NCBI GenBank assembly: GCA_964016885.1
Contig: OZ024744.1
Span: forward strand, 14,446,001-14,510,000
Direction of reading: 5' to 3'
Origin: Eledone cirrhosa
Lineage: Eukaryota
Length of the DNA: 64,000 bases
Numbering within the stretch: position 1 is the first letter of the stretch; every line of letters begins with the position of its first letter. The notes under the pieces were generated by a model. It was not told the DNA's origin. It saw only the letters and a program-made list of their open reading frames with translations, and made no database searches. This document shows, piece by piece, positions 56,401 through 64,000 of this stretch. The position numbers and the translations under genes are program-made.

Positions 56401-59400
56401 ACTAAGTCATGTGCCTCCATTGCAAGGCCAATGCTCTAACCACTAAGTCATGTGCCTCCATTGCAAGGCCAATGCTCTAACCACTAAGTCATGTGCCTCC
56501 ATTGCAAGGCCAATGCTCTAACCACTAAGTCATGTGCCTCCATTGCAAGGCCAATGCTCTAACAACTAAGTCATGTGCCTCCATTGCAAGGCCAATGGTC
56601 TAACCACTAAGTCATGCGCCTCCATTGCAAGGCCAATGCTCTAACCACTAAGCCATGTGCCTCGATTGCAAGGCCAATGCTCTAACCACTAAGCCATGTG
56701 CCTCCATTGCAAGGCCAATTCTCTAACCACTAAGCCATGTGCCTCCATTGCAAGGCCAATGCTCTAACCACTAAGTCATGTGCCTCCATTGCAAGGCCAA
56801 TGCTCTAACCACTAAGCCATGTGCCTCCACTGCAAGGCCAATGCTCTAACCACTAAGTCATGTGCCTCCATTGCAAGGCCAATGCTCTAACCACTAAGTC
56901 ATGTGCCTCCATTGCAAGGCCAATGCTCTAACCACTAAGCCATGTGCCTCCATTGCAAGGCCAATGCTCTAACAACTAAGCCATGTGCCTCCATTGCAAA
57001 GCCAACGCTCTAACCACTAAGCCATGTGCCTCCATTGCAAGGCCAATGCTCTAACCACTAAGCCATGTGCCTCCATTGCAAGGCCAATGCTCTAACCACT
57101 AAGCCATGTGCCTCCATTGCAAGGCCAATGTTCTAACCACTAAGTCATGTGCCTCCATTGCAAGGCCAATGCTCTAACCACTAAGTCATGTGCCTCCATT
57201 GCAAGGCCAATGCTCTAACCACTAAACCATCTGCCTCCATTGCAAGGCCAATGCTCTAACCACTAAGTCATGTGCCTCCATTGCAAGGCCAATGCTCTAA
57301 CCACTAAGCCATGTGCCTCCATTGCAAGGCCAATACTCTAACCACTAAGTCATGTGCCTCCATTGCAAGGCCAATGCTCTAACCACTAAGTCATGTGCCT
57401 CCATTGCAAGGTCAATGCTCTAACCACTAAGTCATGTGCCTCCATTGCAAGGCCAATGCTCTAACCACTAAGTTATGTGCCTCCATTGCAAGGCCAATGC
57501 TCTAACCACTAAGTCATGTGCCTCCATTGCAAGGCCAATGCTCTAACCACTAAGTCATGCGCCTCCATTGCAAGGCCAATGCTCTAACCACTAAGCCATG
57601 TGCCTCGATTGCAAGGCCAATGCTCTAACCACTAAGCCATGTGCCTCCATTGCAAGGCCAATTCTCTAACCACTAAGCCATGTGCCTCCATTGCAAGGCC
57701 AATGCTCTAACCACTAAGTCATGTGCCTCCATTGCAAGACCAATGCTCTAACCACTAAACCATCTGCCTCCATTGCAAGGCCAATGCTCTAACCACTAAG
57801 CCATGTGCCTCCATTGCAAGGCCAATGCTCCAACCACTAAGTCATGTGCCTCCATTGCAAGGCCAATGCTCTAACCACTAAACCATCTGCCTCCATTGCA
57901 AGGCCAATGCTCTAACCACTAAGCCATGTGCCTCCATTGCAAGGCCAATGCTCTAACCACTAAGCCATGTTCCTCCATTGCAAGGCCAATGCTCTAACCA
58001 CTAAGCCATGTTCCTCCATTGCAAATCCAATGCTCTAACCACTAAGCCATGTGCCTCCATTGCAAGGCCAATGCTCTAACCACTAAGTCATGTGCCTCCA
58101 TTGCAAGGCCAATGCTCTAACCACTAAGTCATGTGCCTCCATTGCAAGGCCAATGCTCTAACCACTAAGTCATGTGCCTCCATTGCAAGGCCAATGCTCT
58201 AACCACTAAGTCATGCGCCTCCATTGCAAGGCCAATGCTCTAACCACTAAGCCATGTGCCTCGATTGCAAGGCCAATGCTCTAACCACTAAGCCATGTGC
58301 CTCCATTGCAAGGCCAATTCTCTAACCACTAAGCCATGTGCCTCCATTGCAAGGCCAATGCTCTAACCACTAAGTCATGTGCCTCCATTGCAAGGCCAAT
58401 GCTCTAACCACTAAGCCATGTGCCTCCACTGCAAGGCCAATGCTCTAACCACTAAGTCATGTGCCTCCATTGCAAGGCCAATGCTCTAACCACTAAGTCA
58501 TGTGCCTCCATTGCAAGGCCAATGATCTAACCACTAAGCCATGTGCCTCCATTGCAAGGCCAATGCTCTAACCACTAAGCCATGTGCCTCCATTGCAAGG
58601 CCAATGTTCTAACCACTAAGTCATGTGCCTCCATTGCAAGGCCAATGCTCTAACCACTAAGTCATGTGCCTCCATTGCAAGGCCAATGCTCTAACCACTA
58701 AACCATCTGCCTCCATTGCAAGGCCAATGCTCTAACCACTAAGTCATGTGCCTCCATTGCAAGGCCAATGCTCTAACCACTAAGCCATGTGCCTCCATTG
58801 CAAGGCCAATACTCTAACCACTAAGTCATGTGCCTCCATTGCAAGGCCAATGCTCTAACCACTAAGTCATGTGCCTCCATTGCAAGGTCAATGCTCTAAC
58901 CACTAAGTCATGTGCCTCCATTGCAAGGCCAATGCTCTAACCACTAAGTCATGTTCCTCCATTGCAAATCCAATGCTCTAACCACTAAGCCATGTGCCTC
59001 CATTGCAAGGCCAATGCTCTAACCACTAAGTCATGTGCCTCCATTGCAAGGCCAATGCTCTAACCACTAAGTCATGCGCCTCCATTGCAAGGCCAATGCT
59101 CTAACCACTAAGTCATGTGCCTCCATTGCAAGGCCAATGCTCTAACCACTAAGTCATGTGCCTCCATTGCAAGGTCAATGCTCTAACCACTAAGTCATGT
59201 TCCTCCATTGCAAGGCCAATGCTCTAACCACTAAGTCATGTTCCTCCATTGCAAATCCAATGCTCTAACCACTAAGCCATGTGCCTCCATTGCAAGGCCA
59301 ATGCTCTAACCACTAAGTCATGTGCCTCCATTGCAAGGCCAATGCTCTAACCACTAAGTCATGTGCCTCCATTGCAAGGCCAATGCTCTAACCACTAAGT

Positions 59401-62400
59401 CATGTGCCTCCATTGCAAGGCCAATGCTCTAACCACTAAGTCATGCGCCTCCATTGCAAGGCCAATGCTCTAACCACTAAGCCATGTGCCTCGATTGCAA
59501 GGCCAATGCTCTAACCACTAAGCCATGTGCCTCCATTGCAAGGCCAATTCTCTAACCACTAAGCCATGTGCCTCCATTGCAAGGCCAATGCTCTAACCAC
59601 TAAGTCATGTGCCTCCATTGCAAGGCCAATGCTCTAACCACTAAGCCATGTGCCTCCACTGCAAGGCCAATGCTCTAACCACTAAGTCATGTGCCTCCAT
59701 TGCAAGGCCAATGCTCTAACCACTAAGTCATGTGCCTCCATTGCAAGGCCAATGCTCTAACCACTAAGCCATGTGCCTCCATTGCAAGGCCAATGCTCTA
59801 ACCACTAAGCCATGTGCCTCCATTGCAAGGCCAATGTTCTAACCACTAAGTCATGTGCCTCCATTGCAAGGCCAATGCTCTAACCACTAAGTCATGTGCC
59901 TCCATTGCAAGGCCAATGCTCTAACCACTAAACCATCTGCCTCCATTGCAAGGCCAATGCTCTAACCACTAAGTCATGTGCCTCCATTGCAAGGCCAATG
60001 CTCTAACCACTAAGCCATGTGCCTCCATTGCAAGGCCAATACTCTAACCACTAAGTCATGTGCCTCCATTGCAAGGCCAATGCTCTAACCACTAAGTCAT
60101 GTGCCTCCATTGCAAGGTCAATGCTCTAACCACTAAGTCATGTGCCTCCATTGCAAGGCCAATGCTCTAACCACTAAGTTATGTGCCTCCATTGCAAGGC
60201 CAATGCTCTAACCACTAAGTCATGTGCCTCCATTGCAAGGCCAATGCTCTAACCACTAAGTCATGCGCCTCCATTGCAAGGCCAATGCTCTAACCACTAA
60301 GCCATGTGCCTCGATTGCAAGGCCAATGCTCTAACCACTAAGCCATGTGCCTCCATTGCAAGGCCAATTCTCTAACCACTAAGCCATGTGCCTCCATTGC
60401 AAGGCCAATGCTCTAACCACTAAGTCATGTGCCTCCATTGCAAGGCCAATGCTCTAACCACTAAGTCATGTGCCTCCATTGCAAGGCCAATGCTCTAACC
60501 ACTAAACCATCTGCCTCCATTGCAAGGCCAATGCTCTAACCACTAAGCCATGTGCCTCCATTGCAAGGCCAATGCTCCAACCACTAAGTCATGTGCCTCC
60601 ATTGCAAGGCCAATGCTCTAACCACTAAACCATCTGCCTCCATTGCAAGGCCAATGCTCTAACCACTAAGCCATGTGCCTCCATTGCAAGGCCAATGGTC
60701 TAACCACTAAGCCATGTTCCTCCATTGCAAGGCCAATGCTCTAACCACTAAGTCATGTTCCTCCATTGCAAATCCAATGCTCTAACCACTAAGCCATGTG
60801 CCTCCATTGCAAGGCCAATGCTCTAACCACTAAGCCATGTGCCACCATTGCAAGGTCAATGCTCTAAACACTAAGCCATGTGTCACCATTGCAAGGCCAA
60901 TGCTCTAACCACTAAACCATCTGCCTCCGTTGCAAGGCCAATGCTCTAACCATTAAGCCATCTGCCTCCATTGCAAGGCCAATGCTCTAACCACTAAGCC
61001 ATGTGCCTCCATTGCAAGGCCAATGCTCTAACCAATAAGCCAAGTGCCTCCATTGCAAGGCCAATACTCTAACCACTAAGCCATGTGCCTCCATTGCAAG
61101 GCCAAAGCACTAACCAATAAGCCATGTGCCTCCATTGCAAGGCCAATGCTCTAACCACTAAGCAATGTGCCTCCATTGCAAGGCCAATGCTCTAACCACT
61201 AAGCCATGTTCCTCCATTGCAAGGACAATGCTCTAACCACTAAGTCATGTTCCTCCATTGCAAAGCTAATGCTCTAACCACTAAGCCATGTGCCCCCATT
61301 GCAAGGCCAATGCTCTAACCACTAAGCCATGTGCCACCATTGCAAGGCCAATGCTCTAACCACTAAACCATCTGCCTCCGTTGCAAGGCCAATGCTCTAA
61401 CCACTATGCCATCTGCCTCCATTGCAAGGCCAATGCTCTAACCACTAAGCCATGTGCCTCCATTGCAAGGCGAATGCTCTAACCAATAAGCCATGTGCCT
61501 CCATTGCAAGGCCAATGTTCTAACCACTAAGTCATGTGCCTCCATTGCAAGGCCAATGCTCTAACCACTAAGTCATGTGCCTCCATTGCAAGGCCAATGC
61601 TCTAACCACTAAGACATATGCCTCCATTGCAAGGCCAATACTCTAACCACTAAGTCATGTGCCTCCATTGCAAGGTCAATGCTCTAACCACTAAGACATA
61701 TGCCTCCATTGCAAGGCCAATGCTCTAACCACTAAGTCATGTGCCTCCATTGCAAGGTCAATGCTCTAACCACTAAGTCATGTGCCTCCATTGCAAGGCC
61801 AATGCTCTAACCACTAAGTCATGTGCCTACATTGCAAGGCCAATGCTCTAACCACTAAGTCATGTGCCTCCATTGCAAGGCCAATGCTCTAACCACTAAG
61901 CCATGTGCCTCCATTGCAAGGCCAATGCTCTAACCACTAAGTCATGTGCCTCCATTGCAAGGCCAATGCTCTAACCACTAAACCATCTGCCTCCATTGCA
62001 AGGCCAATGCTCTAACCACTAAGTCATGTGCCCCCCATTGCAAGGCCAATGCTCTAACCACTAAGCCATGTGCCTCCATTGTAAGGCCAATGCTCTAACC
62101 ACTAAGCCATGTTCCTCCATTGCAAGGCCAATGCTCTAACCACTAAGTCATGTTCCTCCATTGCAAATCCAATGCTCTAACCACTAAGCCATGTGCCTCC
62201 ATTGCAAGGCCAATGCTCTAACCACTAAGCCATGTGCCACCATTGCAAAGCCAATGCTCTAACCACTATGTCATGTGCCACCATTGCAAGGCCAATGCTC
62301 TAACCACTAAACCATCTGCCTCCGTTGCAAGGCCAATGCTCTAACCACTAAGCCATCTGCCTCCATTGCAAGGCCAATGCTCTAACCACTAAGCCATGTG

Positions 62401-64000
62401 CCTGCATTGCAAGGCCAATGCTCTAACCACTAAGCCATGTGCCTCCACTGCAAGGCCAATGCTCTAACCACTAAGTCATGTGCCTCCATTGCAAGGCCAA
62501 TGCTCTAACCACTAAGTCATGTGCCTCCATTGCAAGGCCAATGCTCTAACCACTAAGCCCTGTGCCTCCATTGCAAGGCCAATGCTCTAACAACTAAGCC
62601 ATGTGCCTCCATTGCAAGGCCAACGCTCTAACCACTAAGCCATGTGCCTCCATTGCAAGGCCAATGCTCTAACCACTAAGCCATGTGCCTCCATTGCAAG
62701 GCCAATGCTCTAACCACTAAGCCATGTGCCTCCATTGCAAGGCCAATGCTCTAACAACTAAGCCATGTGCCTCCATTGCAAGGCCAACGCTCTAACCACT
62801 AAGCCATGTGCCTCCATTGCAAGGCCAATGCTCTAACCACTAAGCCATGTGCCTCCATTGCAAGGCCAATACTCTAACCACTAAGCCATGTGCCTCCATT
62901 GCAAGGCCAATGCTCTAACCACTAAGCCATGTGCTTCCATTCCAAGGCCAATGCTCTAACCACTAAGCCATGTGCCTCCATTGCAAGGCCAATGTTCTAA
63001 CCACTAATTCATGTGCCTCCATTACAAGGCCAACGCTCTAACCACTAAGCCATGTGCCTCCATTGCAAGGCCAATGCTCTAACCACTAAGCCATGTGCCT
63101 CCATTGCAAGGCCAATGCTCTAACCACTAAGCCATGTATCTCCATTGCAAGGACAATGCTCTAACCACTAAGTCATGTGCCTCCATTGCAAGGCCAATGC
63201 TCTAACCACTAAGCCATGTGCCTCCATTGCAAGGCCAATGCTCTAACCACTAAGCCATGTGCCTCCATTGCAAGGCCAATGCTCTAACCACTAAGCCATG
63301 TGCCTCCACTGCAAGGCCAATGCTCTAACCACTAAGTCATGTGCCTCCATTGCAAGGCCAATGCTCTAACCACTAAGTCATGTGCCTCCATTGCAAGGCC
63401 AATGCTCTAACCACTAAGCCATGTGCCTCCATTGCAAGGCCAATGCTCTAATAACTAAGCCATGTGCCTCCATTGCAAAGCCAACGCTCTAACCACTAAG
63501 CCATGTGCCTCCATTGCAAGGCCAATGCTCTAACCACTAAGCCATGTGCCTCCATTGCAAGGCCAATGCTCTAACCACTAAGCCATGTGCCTCCATTGCA
63601 AGGCCAATGCTCTAACCACTAAGCCATGTGCCTCCATTGCAAGGCCAATGTTCTAACCACTAAGTCATGTGCCTCCATTGCAAGGCCAATGCTCTAACCA
63701 CTAAGTCATGTGCCTCCATTGCAAGGCCAATGCTCTAACCACTAAACCATCTGCCTCCATTGCAAGGCCAATGCTCTAACCACTAAGTCATGTGCCTCCA
63801 TTGCAAGGCCAATGCTCTAACCACTAAGCCATGTGCCTCCATTGCAAGGCCAATACTCTAACCACTAAGTCATGTGCCTCCATTGCAAGGCCAATGCTCT
63901 AACCACTAAGCCATGTATCTCCATTGCAAGGCCAATGCTCTAACCACTAAGTCATGTGCCTCCATTGCAAGGCCAATGCTCTAACCACTAAGTCATGTGC
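2440..64000 (-). repeat. 41-bp tandem satellite, about 1,500 head-to-tail copies, derived from the tRNA-like SINE head; continues past the window end
   Basis: The + strand consensus is ATTGCAAGGCCAATGCTCTAACCACTAAG(C/T)CATGTGCCTCC (41 nt), or GGAGGCACATG(G/A)CTTAGTGGTTAGAGCATTGGCCTTGCAAT on the minus strand. The span of 61,561 bp divided by 41 gives about 1,500 copies. Most units carry 0-3 substitutions, with occasional 40- or 42-bp units. I saw no spacers, inversions or foreign insertions. Confidence 0.99.

Noticed and set aside
2440-64000. CRISPR array
   Set aside because: The units are contiguous 41-mers with no unique spacers, there are no cas genes, and the context is eukaryotic.
2400-64000. 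Functional tRNA gene or tRNA gene cluster
   Set aside because: The units contain only the 5' half. The one full head has a mismatched anticodon stem, no convincing acceptor stem, and continues into a SINE body. The apparent TGC anticodon is not reliable evidence of the parent tRNA.
2440-64000. Telomeric or interstitial telomeric repeat (CTAACC/GGTTAG in each unit)
   Set aside because: There is only one hexamer per 41 bp, it is explained by the tRNA D-loop sequence, and it is never tandem.
2440-64000. Pure assembly artefact
   Set aside because: Ordered, hierarchical variant patterns, diverged unique zones and a clean SINE junction indicate a real array. The exact number of near-identical blocks still needs read validation.
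2700-64000. Hidden insertions, inversions or exons within the array
   Set aside because: Reading through, I saw only same-orientation monomers with substitutions and 1-bp indels. A very short insert could have been missed by eye.

Overview
Eukaryotic DNA, probably from an octopus or other cephalopod; this is inferred from recalled SINE motifs and was not checked by a search. All recognisable elements lie on the minus strand. (1) A 12-codon terminal exon (477-439, [12 protein letters not shown]) has a canonical splice acceptor, an AATAAA and a GU-rich element, and matches the Dpy-30-motif C-terminus of adenylate kinase 7 (AK7). (2) A decayed Penelope-like retroelement (RT thumb plus GIY-YIG endonuclease) lies at about 811-1560. 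(3) A tRNA-derived SINE lies at about 2138-2480. (4) The 41-bp 5' head of that SINE, a tRNA 5' half carrying the Pol III A box, is amplified head-to-tail about 1,500 times from 2440 to beyond the window end. The array has nested higher-order duplications and distinct variant domains. The main inference is a SINE-head-derived satellite, still fused to its founder SINE, that inflates the last intron of an axonemal gene to more than 63 kb in the sense orientation.
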